Of a stretch of DNA of 64,000 nucleotides, positions 1 through 10,900 are shown piece after piece. The notes beneath the pieces were generated by a model that was not told the DNA's origin, did no database searches, and saw only the letters and a list, made by a program, of their open reading frames with translations. Each line of letters opens with the position of its first letter. Position 1 is the stretch's first letter. Where the stretch lies: contig CAZIHL010000002.1 of NCBI GenBank assembly GCA_964538815.1, forward strand, positions 570 through 64,569, given 5' to 3'. The position numbers and the translations under genes are program-made. This stretch comes from an uncultured Candidatus Saccharibacteria bacterium. Lineage in GTDB: Bacteria > Patescibacteriota > Minisyncoccia > Phycocordibacterales > UBA5272.

Positions 1-1369
1 AGTGAGTTTTTAAATTGTTTATATTAAGATTTTTTCCATCAATAATATCCTGATATTCACTATCATTACGAATATCAAATAGTAATTGCCCATAAGGATA
101 ATCATTATTTACAAGATATAAGTTGTCATCCCAAGTGGTCATACCTTGATACCAAGCATCTGGAAGACCATACTCATAAGTTTTGATTTCTTTTGGTACG
201 GAACATATTATTATATTTTCTCCATTACTATCATTTTGACCACATTTATCAATCAAAGTATTAAAATTCAAAGAAGATAAATCATAATCTGTAAAAGATT
301 TATTATCAAAAGATTTTTTATAAGTTTTTAATCCGTTTCCAGTCATTATAGATACTAAAATATTACTATTATTTATATTAAAATACATTCCGTTATGATT
401 TCCGTATACTTGACTAAGTTTACCTAAAGATGAGCTTCCAGTATTTAATTTATATAAATTATTTACTTCATAATATGTTGGGGTTGTATAAGCATATACG
501 GTGCCATTATTTAATAAAGATAATTTCCAATATGATAACTCTGAAGAATAAATTCTGCTTCCATAAGTTTCATTTACATCACTTATATAATACCAATCTG
601 TATAAGTATCTAGGAAACCATTTGTAGTTTTGTTTTTAGTAACTACATATGCAACTTTTTTAGCATCAGGTGAAGTGGTTATAAATTTTATATTATCTGG
701 TAAGTTTGCAATATTTAGAAGGTTAGCAGTGGAGCCATGATATTCTGGAACTATTGCAGATACAGTTTTAATCGTATTATCTTCCGAATACTGCATAAAT
801 ACTCTACTTTTTCCTCCATTTTTATCATTCATAAAGTATGCCCTAACTACATTTGGGTAAGATTTTTCTGTAACTTGTACAGGAGAAGATTGAGGATCCC
901 ATAAATCTTTCTCATAAATATATCCAGTCTCGCTATCTACGAATTGTAAAATTGTTTTATTGTCTGTTCCAGTTTTTTCTTCACTAGTTTCTTCATCTAT
1001 ATATTTGTAAGTATAAGTTTTATTATAAAATCCATAACCTGCAACTGGTCTATCCCATACTTTTATTAATCCTTCAAAATAATAATCTCCAATTACACCA
1101 TTCTCATCTTCATTTGTATTGTTATTATTATCTTCATTATTTCCACCAAAAATACTATTAAATAAATTACTAAAGCTAAAAGTAGGTAGACCAGGATTTC
1201 CACTATTGTCAGTATTTGCACTTTCCTTTTTATTAAAAAATAAGAAATAAACAAGTAAACCAAAGACTAATACTGCTAAAGTAATAATAATTATTTCTTT
1301 TTTATATTTTTTAAAAAAAGATTTTGATTCCTCCTTTGGTGTTTGGTTTTGAATTAATTCTTGCTCCAT
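1..1369 (-). CDS. Partial CDS (C-terminus off window): N-terminal single-TM anchored, secreted Asn/Tyr-rich beta-rich protein; last gene of the T4SS-like operon
   Basis: Minus-strand ATG at 1367-1369 (rc of ctccat gives M-E-Q-E-L...), 5 nt from the stop of the upstream gene. Hydrophobic segment IIITLAVLVFGLLVYFLFF after a Lys-rich N-terminus. The reading frame appears open to the window edge and is absent from the ORF track only because it runs off the window. Confidence 0.55.
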   Translation of the reverse strand, partial: MEQELIQNQTPKEESKSFFKKYKKEIIIITLAVLVFGLLVYFLFFNKKESANTDNSGNPGLPTFSFSNLFNSIFGGNNEDNNNNTNEDENGVIGDYYFEGLIKVWDRPVAGYGFYNKTYTYKYIDEETSEEKTGTDNKTILQFVDSETGYIYEKDLWDPQSSPVQVTEKSYPNVVRAYFMNDKNGGKSRVFMQYSEDNTIKTVSAIVPEYHGSTANLLNIANLPDNIKFITTSPDAKKVAYVVTKNKTTNGFLDTYTDWYYISDVNETYGSRIYSSELSYWKLSLLNNGTVYAYTTPTYYEVNNLYKLNTGSSSLGKLSQVYGNHNGMYFNINNSNILVSIMTGNGLKTYKKSFDNKSFTDYDLSSLNFNTLIDKCGQNDSNGENIIICSVPKEIKTYEYGLPDAWYQGMTTWDDNLYLVNNDYPYGQLLFDIRNDSEYQDIIDGKNLNINNLKTH

Positions 1370-1373
1370 ATTT

Positions 1374-2954
1374 TTATCTTCCGTTATATGACCAATGAAT
1401 GTTATCTTTCGTACCTAAATTATTATAAAAACCAACTCCAAATTTACCCCCATTTTCTTTTAACCATTTAAATTCTTCACTTGTACATGTATCTTCTTTT
1501 TTACACATGCCAATAGTTGCATTTGTAAAATCCACAGCCATTCCTGTCATGTGATTACTACAACCAGAAGCACACTCCCCAGAAGTTCTTCCACATAGTT
1601 CTTTCTGGTAGTTTTGAGTTCTGTATGAAGATGTTACTTCTATTTCTTTGTTGAATTTTGCTTTGTATGCCTCATTTAAACTTACTAAACTATCTAAAAA
1701 TTCTTTTTTAACGGTACATCTTGTTGGATTAGCATTATTTTCATTACACTTTATTTTTCCCGACAAACTTACCAAATCTGAAGATTTTAAGTCTTTAACT
1801 AGGGTTGTACAGGCCTGAGACCCATATAGTGATCCACTACCCGTTGATCCTTTACAATCACTAGAAGCTGCAAAAGCTTGTTTTTTTCCATCCTTAGTTG
1901 TTCCTTCACCTGGCCCTCCATTATATGAAGCTATCAAGTTTGCATTTCCAGTGTCAAATGTATACCCTTCTATGTTTTGTATTGTTCCACTAAGAGTGAA
2001 TCCAATAGATGGTCTATTTTTACTTTGATGTAAAGATTGTTTTGATTTTATAACTTTTGCAGCACAAGAAATTTGTTTATAACCAGTACTTTTCCAATCA
2101 GAGTCACAACCCGCACTACTTGCTGTACCATCTAATATTTGCATTAAACCATACGCATTAGCATCACTTTTTACAGATAAACTACTACAAGCTCCAGACT
2201 CTTGTGTACCTATAGCCATAAGAAAATCTTTTGGTATACCCGACTCTGATGCTACTTTAGTAAATTCGGCGTCATATTTTTTACAACCAGAATTTGGACC
2301 ACTTCCTTCCCATGGTTTTTCTTTTTGATATCCTTGTACTTTTTTTACATATTTTTGCGTTTCATCAAAACCTCCTGGATTTATAGGACATTGCCATGCA
2401 TAGGCTGAAGTATAAGCTCCAGATCCTCCTGTTCCACCATTATTTACTCCTTCAATTCTAACTTTACCAGCATATTCTGTAGCCACAGTCCAACCTGTTA
2501 GATCTGGATTAATAAAGGAAAGAATTGCATAAGCAAAAATAAATATAATTAGAGCTGTGCCTGCTGTTTTAATATAACTTCTTCCTTTTGTTTGATCGTA
2601 AATATTATCAAATGTGCCTTTGATCACAGCCCCTTGAAGAAGTCTATAAATAACTAATAAAACAATAGCCACTGCCATTAATGTTAACAAATAATTAAAT
2701 ACTGTTCCCACATCTCTTGTGTTTTGATTATCAAAAGTTTTTACAGTTTCTGATCCATCAAAAGAAGAAACATATTTATAGGTTTCATTAGCTCTAGTAT
2801 ATACATCGCCACTTTCTTCTGAAGGGGTAGAATTTGTAGAGCTAGAAGTCGTACTTGTGACTTCAGTAGAAGTTGGTGTTTGAGAATAAGTGAAATTAAA
2901 GGTTATACTAAAAATTATTAAAAAAACAGAAATGATTATTGATCTTTTAAGCAT
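1374..2954 (-). CDS. Secreted cell-wall hydrolase: lytic transglycosylase (SLT) domain plus C-terminal LAS/M15-type peptidase motif; VirB1-like function
   Basis: Signal/TM N-terminus and Ser/Thr-rich linker. SLT catalytic signature ...AIGTQESG...AYGLMQI... The C-terminus carries SGCSNHMTGMAVDF, matching the SxHxxGxAxD zinc-binding motif of D-Ala-D-Ala carboxypeptidase/VanY-like M15 peptidases. Confidence 0.7.
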   Translation of the reverse strand: MLKRSIIISVFLIIFSITFNFTYSQTPTSTEVTSTTSSSTNSTPSEESGDVYTRANETYKYVSSFDGSETVKTFDNQNTRDVGTVFNYLLTLMAVAIVLLVIYRLLQGAVIKGTFDNIYDQTKGRSYIKTAGTALIIFIFAYAILSFINPDLTGWTVATEYAGKVRIEGVNNGGTGGSGAYTSAYAWQCPINPGGFDETQKYVKKVQGYQKEKPWEGSGPNSGCKKYDAEFTKVASESGIPKDFLMAIGTQESGACSSLSVKSDANAYGLMQILDGTASSAGCDSDWKSTGYKQISCAAKVIKSKQSLHQSKNRPSIGFTLSGTIQNIEGYTFDTGNANLIASYNGGPGEGTTKDGKKQAFAASSDCKGSTGSGSLYGSQACTTLVKDLKSSDLVSLSGKIKCNENNANPTRCTVKKEFLDSLVSLNEAYKAKFNKEIEVTSSYRTQNYQKELCGRTSGECASGCSNHMTGMAVDFTNATIGMCKKEDTCTSEEFKWLKENGGKFGVGFYNNLGTKDNIHWSYNGR

Positions 2955-2986
2955 AATAATTACATTTTAACATATTAAAAGTTTAA

Positions 2987-3760
2987 TTATTTGAATACAA
3001 AATTCAAATTTTCTTCACTAGATTGTAAGGTTTTACTTTTGTTGGTAACTTTTACCCCTACTCCAAAATTATTATAAGCACTTGTAGGTGCAGAATATGA
3101 AAAAATATTCGTAGAATTTGTATTTCCAGGAATTTTATTTACTGACCAAATATATGAAAGATTTGAATCTGTACTTCTATTTGTAGAAAAATAGAATGGT
3201 TCAGCTTTAATATTAAAACTCTCCCCTCTTGATACAGTATAATTTTCATATCTTTTATTTATCGCATTTGCATAAGTTAGTATTGGGTTACCTAGATCTT
3301 TGTATAGAAAAGCTTTAGATACCCTTGGGTAGATAGTTATTCTTTTTTCAGTAAGTAAAGTCTCAAGTGTATTATTTGTATAGACTTTTAATTCTATAAT
3401 ATTTTGATTTACTAATTCATCAAGTGGAAAAATTAGAAAATTTCCACCAGTTTTTGAATAAGTATTACTATAATAATCATTTATTTTCCAAGAATAGAAA
3501 AATTTTGATGCATCAAATGTTCCAGCTGGAGTATTTACTTCTACATTCGCCATAACTTTTATAGCAGCTTCCTCTCCAGGAAGAGGTTTTCCTTCGTAAA
3601 AAAGAGGAACATAACTATCAAGCACTTGCCAATCAAGATTAATATTTGTACTTACCCCTAAACTCTGTGCAGAAACTTTTAAAATAAAAATTTGTGCCAC
3701 AAGTATAAAAAGAAAAAAGATAGTAAAAGAAGTTTGGAAAGATATGTTTATTTTTTTCAT
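2987..3760 (-). CDS. Secreted hypothetical protein (signal peptide)
   Basis: N-terminal hydrophobic signal FFLFILVAQIFILKVSAQS, no recognizable motif. Sits within the operon. Confidence 0.5.
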   Translation of the reverse strand: MKKINISFQTSFTIFFLFILVAQIFILKVSAQSLGVSTNINLDWQVLDSYVPLFYEGKPLPGEEAAIKVMANVEVNTPAGTFDASKFFYSWKINDYYSNTYSKTGGNFLIFPLDELVNQNIIELKVYTNNTLETLLTEKRITIYPRVSKAFLYKDLGNPILTYANAINKRYENYTVSRGESFNIKAEPFYFSTNRSTDSNLSYIWSVNKIPGNTNSTNIFSYSAPTSAYNNFGVGVKVTNKSKTLQSSEENLNFVFK

Positions 3761-3781
3761 TATATATATTATATCAAATAA

Positions 3782-5593
3782 TTACACTCCAGCATTTTCC
3801 TCTTCCCTTCTCTTTTTTGCAGCTAAAAGTTGTTCTGGATTTGTTGTTACGATTTGATCTTCCACATAAGAAGATATAACTTTTATAGCTACATGTTTTT
3901 GCCCAGCAAAAAATATACCTTCTCCTACCCCAGATTGTAATAATAAATATTTTTCTTCATCTGTTAAATTAAAAGTTTTTTGAACCAAATCTATACTAGA
4001 AGGAGATTGTTTTAATAATAATTGCATACTACTATTAGTTATTATAGGTAAACCATACGGAGAACGTAAAAAATCACCAACATCTTGAGTAATAGTAGCA
4101 AGTCCTAAATAGTATTTTCTACCTCTTTTTGCCATACCAAAGAGAAATGATGCGGTATCTTCATTTTTCATCATTATCCAAGCCTCGTCAATAATTAATA
4201 ATCTCTTTTTTAATTCTTTTCTTATTTCACCCCAAATAAAGTGAGTAATAATATACATAGCCACAGGTTTTAATTCATCTTCCATATCACGAATAGAAAA
4301 ACAAATTAATTTTTTATTAATATCTATGTTTGATGGTTGTCCTATAAATCCTGACCATACTCCATCAATATATTTTGATAATCTTTGAGAAATATTTTCA
4401 CTTCCTTCAATACCAGAAAGAATATCAGCAAAATCTTTTAATATTGGGAATTCTATATTTTCTAAACTTTCTGTTTCTGAAGTAATATCTTTTATAGCAT
4501 AAGTCTCGGTAAGAGCTCTATCAACAATAGCATCCTCTTCTGGAGTAAGGCCACCAAGCATTACTCTAATTAAACCAACTAAATTTATAATATTACTTCT
4601 TAAAATATCAGAAATAGACTCATCTTCTCCTGGAGTTGGTAAATCAAAAGGATTTATATGATGATCAGAATTTAATGAAATATCAAAATATCTACCACCT
4701 ACAGATTCAGCCAAATATTCATATTCTTTTTCTGGGTCTATAATAATCACATCAGTATCAAACATTAAGGTTCTTAAAATTTCTAATTTTGTATAGTAAG
4801 ATTTACCAGAACCAGAAACTGCAAATACAGTACTATTATAATTTTCTAAAGAAAATCTATCAAAAAGTATAAGAGAACCATTATGTCTATTTAATCCATA
4901 TAGAATACCTCTATCTGTAGATAAATCAAAAGATAAAAATGGAAAAAAAGAAGAAAGTGGAGAAGTATTTAATTGGTTGGTTATTTTTAATGTATCTAAA
5001 GCAAAAGGAAAAACAGTTTTTAAAGCTTCTGCTTGTTGAAAAAGGGCTGGGCGAATATAAATAAGTCTACTTTCTGTAAGATTTTTTATTTCTGTTTCGG
5101 TTCTTTTTAACTCATCCTCTGTGTCTCCATAAATAGTTATATATAAAGCAACTTCAAACATTTTTTCACTTGCTTGTTGAAGCGAATCTCTCAAATCTTC
5201 AAGATCTTGTAAAGCTGTTTCAAGTTTTGGATCACGAACTTCTCCTTTTTCTTGTTTTGTGTAAATTTGAGACTCTATTTCTACTACTTTTTTTTGAAAT
5301 TTTTTCATTACTTCAGATGTAGCAAGAGGAGTTATGTGTATAGAAACATTAAAAACTTTATCTAAATTTATAATGGGTGCAAGCCAAGACTCATCTAAAT
5401 ATCTCGGATAAGAAATTACAAAAAAACTTTTTGCTATTTTTCCAGACAAATTTAATGATTGTGCTTCTATTTTTACACCAGCTGGGGCTAAAATACTTTT
5501 TAATTCCTCACTCGCTTTATTATAAACCTCATCTTTAGAAGGTTCGCCTATTTGTTTAGTATTTGATTTTAAAAATATATCTAAAAGTCCCAT
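3782..5593 (-). CDS. virB4: VirB4/TrbE/PrgJ-family type IV secretion ATPase, C-terminal ATPase domain
   Basis: Walker A AVSGSGKSY, NPFDL motif, Walker B LLIIDEAWIMM (DEAW typical of VirB4), and GLATITQ motif D. Confidence 0.8.
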   Translation of the reverse strand: MGLLDIFLKSNTKQIGEPSKDEVYNKASEELKSILAPAGVKIEAQSLNLSGKIAKSFFVISYPRYLDESWLAPIINLDKVFNVSIHITPLATSEVMKKFQKKVVEIESQIYTKQEKGEVRDPKLETALQDLEDLRDSLQQASEKMFEVALYITIYGDTEDELKRTETEIKNLTESRLIYIRPALFQQAEALKTVFPFALDTLKITNQLNTSPLSSFFPFLSFDLSTDRGILYGLNRHNGSLILFDRFSLENYNSTVFAVSGSGKSYYTKLEILRTLMFDTDVIIIDPEKEYEYLAESVGGRYFDISLNSDHHINPFDLPTPGEDESISDILRSNIINLVGLIRVMLGGLTPEEDAIVDRALTETYAIKDITSETESLENIEFPILKDFADILSGIEGSENISQRLSKYIDGVWSGFIGQPSNIDINKKLICFSIRDMEDELKPVAMYIITHFIWGEIRKELKKRLLIIDEAWIMMKNEDTASFLFGMAKRGRKYYLGLATITQDVGDFLRSPYGLPIITNSSMQLLLKQSPSSIDLVQKTFNLTDEEKYLLLQSGVGEGIFFAGQKHVAIKVISSYVEDQIVTTNPEQLLAAKKRREEENAGV

Positions 5594-5597
5594 AATT

Positions 5598-6182
5598 TTA
5601 ATTAATATCAGGAGTATTTAACTCATTAGGATTGAATAATTTATAATATAAATTTATTATTTCTTCTGTATCTGTGAGTTTAATATTTAAACCTAGAGAA
5701 ACTAATCCACTTGTAACAATAGAAATTCTTTGCATAAGTTGATTTTGATTTTTAATAAACTCAGCATCTTCCATTCTTTTTGTTGAATTTGTTATAGAAG
5801 GTATATCGTATGGTACGACTATATAAAAATTTTTAGTCATAATATTTTGTTCTTCAGTAAATTTTTGAATAAAATTTATATATTCTTTTATTTGTATTTT
5901 TAATAAATCTTCCTTTATATCTCTTTCCCTATCTTTTAAAAGTTCAATATAGTTACGAATATCTAATTTTTTAGATTGTAAAAATATTTGAATATTAAAA
6001 TCTAATGAATTTAAAAATGTTTGAAAGGCAGTAATAATACCCATCTGTTCGTCCTCACTTTTAAGAGATAAATTTATAGAAGTAGATGAAAGTATGGCTC
6101 TCATATTGCCATCATCTAAAATAACTATACCGTTTCTAATTTCTCTTATAGGTACAAAATTTTGAGTAGCATTTTTTATCAT
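5598..6182 (-). CDS. VirB4 N-terminal domain encoded as a separate ORF
   Basis: FVPIREIRNGIVILDDGNMRAILSSTSINLSLKSEDEQ... resembles the N-terminal domain of Gram-positive VirB4 (PrgJ/TcpF). It ends with TAA only 4 nt before the ATG of the ATPase-domain ORF. Confidence 0.6.
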   Translation of the reverse strand: MIKNATQNFVPIREIRNGIVILDDGNMRAILSSTSINLSLKSEDEQMGIITAFQTFLNSLDFNIQIFLQSKKLDIRNYIELLKDRERDIKEDLLKIQIKEYINFIQKFTEEQNIMTKNFYIVVPYDIPSITNSTKRMEDAEFIKNQNQLMQRISIVTSGLVSLGLNIKLTDTEEIINLYYKLFNPNELNTPDIN

Positions 6183-6199
6183 TTTTTTATTATAACATT

Positions 6200-6697
6200 T
6201 TATATTTTATATTTATCATTTCTTTTTAATAATTCTTCTTTTAAATTTAAATTATTTATTTTTTCTTCACCCAAAATATCTAACCTACTAGATAATTCTT
6301 TAAGTTTTTCATGTGTTATATGCTTAGCTTCTATTTCTTTATTCTTTTTTATTTCTGCTTCTCTTTTTAAATTTTCTATAATTCTAAGCTCACTTTTTTC
6401 TGGTGCTATTTCTTCTTTCTTTTTTATCCAAACATAAGTTTTATTTCCTAATATAAATTTATAAGCAGCCTCTAAAATATCCGCAAAAGGTCTATTGTTA
6501 ATTTTAACAAAAGCCAAAGCTAAAAAGGTACCAGAAAATATAAGTATAAATAAAATAGAAATTATTTTAAAAGGTATTAATTTCCAAAAAATATAAGCAA
6601 AAGCTAAAGCCCCAAGCAAATAACCAAACTGTTTAAATGTAAAAGGTCCAAAAACTTTATCTTCAATATCTAAGAATTGGGGAAGTCTAAATTGCAT
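6200..6697 (-). CDS. PrgI/VirB3-like small membrane protein
   Basis: Two hydrophobic helices (GYLLGALAFAYIFWKLIPFKIISILFILIFSGTFLALAFV) immediately upstream of virB4, the canonical position of VirB3/PrgI. C-terminal charged coiled-coil tail. Confidence 0.55.
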   Translation of the reverse strand: MQFRLPQFLDIEDKVFGPFTFKQFGYLLGALAFAYIFWKLIPFKIISILFILIFSGTFLALAFVKINNRPFADILEAAYKFILGNKTYVWIKKKEEIAPEKSELRIIENLKREAEIKKNKEIEAKHITHEKLKELSSRLDILGEEKINNLNLKEELLKRNDKYKI

Positions 6698-6727
6698 AAA
6701 TATATTTTAACATTAATAATATATTTT

Positions 6728-7843
6728 TTAGATAGTTTCTCTATATGGATCAAAATTTTCATTATCAACATTATTTTCATTATATTCATCATTTTCTAAA
6801 AGCATTCTATTATAAGCTGTATTTTTAGTTTTTTGTATTTCTACTTCTTCAATACCTCTTTTTTCACGAAGAAAATTTAAATCTGCATTTTCATTTTCTT
6901 TAGATAAAAGCTTTTCTTTTAAAGTGTCAGCAAATTCTTTACTTAAATTTACAGTATTTTCTTGAGCATTTTCTATATTTTCTTTTTCTGATTCATCTTT
7001 AATATTTGATAATTCTTTTATTTTTTCCACTCTTTCTATTTCTTTATTTTCTTTACTTTTTGTTCTTTCTAATCTTTCATCTTCTTCTTTTTTTATTTGA
7101 GCCATTCTATCTTTTATTTTATCTATATCAGAAACATTTTGTAAGTTTATTTTTGCCAAAAGAGAATCCCTGTTAAACTCTTGTTTTTTTTCTTTTTCAA
7201 TTTCTTTTTCTTCCAAAATAGAATTTTTTATTGGTTTTTGTAATTCTCTTTCTTTATATTGTATAATAGGTGAATTTTTACCATTTAAATTACCGGTTCT
7301 TTCAAGTAATATTTTTCTTAATTCTTCCTTTTCAGCGGCTTCCTCCTTTTCTTTTAAGGTTAAATGTCTAATTTCTTTTTTTTCTTCTATTTTACTTTCT
7401 AAAACTTGTTTACGAATATCAGATAAAATGTAAGCGTCTATATTTTTCATTATCATACCCGCTGTAAAAGATTCTATAAGTATTCCGCTAGATCTAAAAC
7501 TTTCTATAAGAGTGTCTTTTGCTGAACTAATTGGTAAAATACCAACTAAAATGGATATTGTTATATTTTCAATTATAATTTTTGCTTTATCTTCATCTAA
7601 TTTTTCGATTTTACAAATAAGCTTTACATTCTCTTCTAATTTATCTCCTAAAATATAGTTTTGTATGACAGGAGAAGCATTTTTAAAAGCATTATCAAAT
7701 TGATTAGTGATTATGTCGTCATTATTTATAGATTTTTTTTGAGGATCAAGAAAATCATAAGAAGCTGTTTCTTCTTGCTCTTGGTTTTCTATATTTACAT
7801 TTTCTAGTATAGAATTGTTTTCTTCAATTTTGTCTTGAGGCAT
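6728..7843 (-). CDS. Acidic Glu/Lys-rich coiled-coil cytoplasmic protein, unknown function, in the T4SS-like operon
   Basis: 371 aa, highly charged EK-rich heptad-like sequence, no TM apart from a central hydrophobic patch. Confidence 0.5.
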   Translation of the reverse strand: MPQDKIEENNSILENVNIENQEQEETASYDFLDPQKKSINNDDIITNQFDNAFKNASPVIQNYILGDKLEENVKLICKIEKLDEDKAKIIIENITISILVGILPISSAKDTLIESFRSSGILIESFTAGMIMKNIDAYILSDIRKQVLESKIEEKKEIRHLTLKEKEEAAEKEELRKILLERTGNLNGKNSPIIQYKERELQKPIKNSILEEKEIEKEKKQEFNRDSLLAKINLQNVSDIDKIKDRMAQIKKEEDERLERTKSKENKEIERVEKIKELSNIKDESEKENIENAQENTVNLSKEFADTLKEKLLSKENENADLNFLREKRGIEEVEIQKTKNTAYNRMLLENDEYNENNVDNENFDPYRETI

Positions 7844-7903
7844 AAATAATAAATGAGACCTTTTGTCTCATTTATTATATCAAATATTTTTTATTTTATT
7901 TTT

Positions 7904-10900
7904 TTATCTATTTATATAATCGTTTCCATCAAGATTATCTTTTCTTGTAGATTTTACATTTACTTTTTTTTCTACTTTTTCTGGTTTAATATTTGTTCTT
8001 ACAGGTTCTATTCTACCTACCGGCATACTTTCCATCCTTAAGTTATGTGCCATTTCTGATAATGCTCTTTGACTTTGATTTTGCATAGAGTTTCCACCTA
8101 TTTCTGCAACTATATTTGGTTTGGTATTTTCTTCAGGTTTTATTACATCTATTTTAGAATTGCTTTCAGTTCTTGCTCTATTTATTAAAGATATATTTTT
8201 TAAGGTGTTTGCATAATCTTTAGTTGTTACCGTAAGATCTTTTATATCTTTTGATATAGACTCTAAATTTTCTCTTATTTTTTGCGTATTATTTGTCTGA
8301 TTTTTTGATCTATTTTTTTCTTCCAGGTCTTGTAATACTGTCTTTTGATACTGGTCTGATGTATATCTTTGATTTTCTTCTTTTCTTAATTTATTCTCTT
8401 TTTTAAGATTTGTTTCTATATCTCCTCTTTTTTCTTCTAGAGCTTTTCTCCTGTTGCTAATTCTGTCCGCAAGTTCTTTATCTAATATTTCTTGATTCAT
8501 AACTCCTCCATTATTTTTAATCTTATTTCCCAAGCTAGCATTATGTTTTTCAAACTCTTCTTTATTTTTTGATTGTGCTTGACTAAATTGTAATCTGCTT
8601 TTTAAAGATTCTTGAGCAGAAACATTTTTTATAGAAGGAGCTGGGACACTGTTTTGATTTTGAGTTGTATTATTTGTATTTTGGGCAGTATTTTGATTTT
8701 GAGTTATATTATTTGTATTTTGATTCTGTTGGTTTTGGGTATTTGTTGTATTATTTGTATTTTGATTTTTCTTGTTCTTTTCTTCAAATTCAGATATTGA
8801 TTTCATTATTTTTTCTTTTCTTTTATTTTCATCAGGCTCATCTTTAATAATTTTATCAAAATCTTCTTTTAATTTACTGTTTTTTGGTTTTTCTAATTCT
8901 TTACTAAAATACTCTTCACCTTTTCCATTTTCTTTAAAATGATTATTTATAAATTTGATCATTTTTTCTTTTCTCTTGTCTTTGTCAGATTCTTTATTAA
9001 TTTTATTAAAATTACCCGCTAATCTATTATTAGTATCTATTTTTTCTTCAAAAGAAAGATTTTTATTTTTAGATTCTAATCTATCAGCTACCCTATTTCC
9101 GTTAAATATAACTGAAGTACCAGTCCAACCAGATCTTAAATTATTTATATGTTTCCCTTTTGCATCATCATTTAATCTGTCATAAAAGTGTTTCTCTTTC
9201 GCATATCTCTTTCTAAAAGAAGAATCTATTGTGGTATTTCCACCCTTACCAAAAGTCCCTTTTGTTGCAGCTTGAAAAACTTTTGAATTCCTAGCATCAA
9301 AAGTACTATTTTGAGCATAGTCTTGTAGTTTTAATGCTAATCTGCCTCGAGTGCCTCCTTTGGCTATCCATCCATCAAATTTCTTACTATTTACCACTTT
9401 TCCCGCACCCATTCGTAGAGCTTTTGAGGCTCCACCAAAAGCCAGACTACCAATAGTACCAGAAATTTTTCCTGAAACTTTTGCACCAATTTCTCCACTT
9501 AAGTTTTTCGCTGTTGTTATTGCGAGTTGTAGGATAATTATAGAAATAACACCAGATATAGCAGCACCCGTCAATTGTCCAGAAATATTTTCTGTAGTCA
9601 AGGCAGAAGTATTTTGTATTAAGGCACTACCAGCATCACCAACTTTCATCGCTATAAGTAGTAAGAATAAAAATATAGGCGCCATAATTGTAGCATTGGT
9701 AAAATATTTAATTACCATATCTCTATATTTATCTATATAACTATTTATGCCAGCTGGCAGTAGCATAACTGGAGAGAAGATCATGCACAGAACAAGAGTT
9801 ATACCACGAATAAATATTAATATTGCTGCTTGGAAAAATATTATTATTGCTACACCAGTTATTAATACTTGTATCCCAAATGCTGGAACGGAATCCCAAG
9901 CACCTAAACTTATAATTTCTTGACTTTTTAAGGAAGGATCTCCAATAATTAATCTTTCCATACTAGAAGCAATACTTTGATTTGGATTATGTAAAGATCT
10001 ATAGATATATATTGAAAATACATTTGCTTGATCAATTAAAAACCCTACAATACTAAATGAAAAGTATACAAATAATGCAGTAAATAAAATCTTAGGAAGA
10101 ATTTTTTGTATTTGAGCAGTGTCATTATCTATCAGCATTCTGATAATGTAATAAAAGACAATTGGCAATAGAAGTGAAGTAACAAGAGCCAAAATTACCT
10201 TTCTCCACACTTCATAAGCACCAGAATTACTAACTAAGTCGCTAAAATTATAAACACTAAAACCCATTACCCAGTCAAAAAGCTTTTCAGATAAAGTTAG
10301 AATCATTTTGAATAAAGAATTTAAACCTTGCAAAAGCATATTTATCAAATATGCAACTATACTACAATTTGTAGCTCCAATAAATGTATCCCAAAAGCCT
10401 GCAGTAGGAGAACATTGTTTTACTGTTGACGTTTGTGCCGCTCCTCCAGTCTCTGGATCTTTTATCGGTTCATTTTGTTCATTTATAATTAAAGGAAAAT
10501 CTCTACCTTTTCGACTAACTTTTCCATAAACTCCCCCTGTTGGATTGATCTCGTCTTCTCTTAGTTTTTCTTCTTCTCCTGACCAATTCCAAGGACCTCC
10601 GTCGTAAGACTTATTTATCATTTCATTAATAATTTTAGAGGTTTCTGTATCTAGATTCTGGTATTTATCTTGAATAACTTTTAGTTGTTTATATAGATAT
10701 ATCCTTCTTTGTCTAACAAGTATTATTTTAAAATCATCAAATCCGTAAATCTCTTCTACATTAAGTACATCATTATATAAAGATTGAAAACTTGTGGTTG
10801 TTGCACCAACCATACCAGTATAAGTTTTTGTATTATCTATTATTTTTGTAAGTTCTGCAATAAGAGGTGTTGTAGTAGCATTTACTTTAATTTGTGTAAT

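Noticed and set aside
430-627. 65-aa plus-strand ORF
   Set aside because: It lies entirely inside, and antisense to, the partial minus-strand CDS 1..1369. It is a low-complexity AT-rich translation.
6162-6437. 91-aa plus-strand ORF overlapping the VirB3-like and VirB4-N genes
   Set aside because: Antisense to two well-supported minus-strand genes. Phe/Ile/Ser-rich composition typical of antisense AT-rich frames.
7853-10529. Several small plus-strand ORFs (7853..8041, 8612..8847, 8955..9185, 9351..9740, 10308..10529)
   Set aside because: All are antisense within the 1129-aa VirB6-like CDS. They have no motifs and are not conserved-looking.
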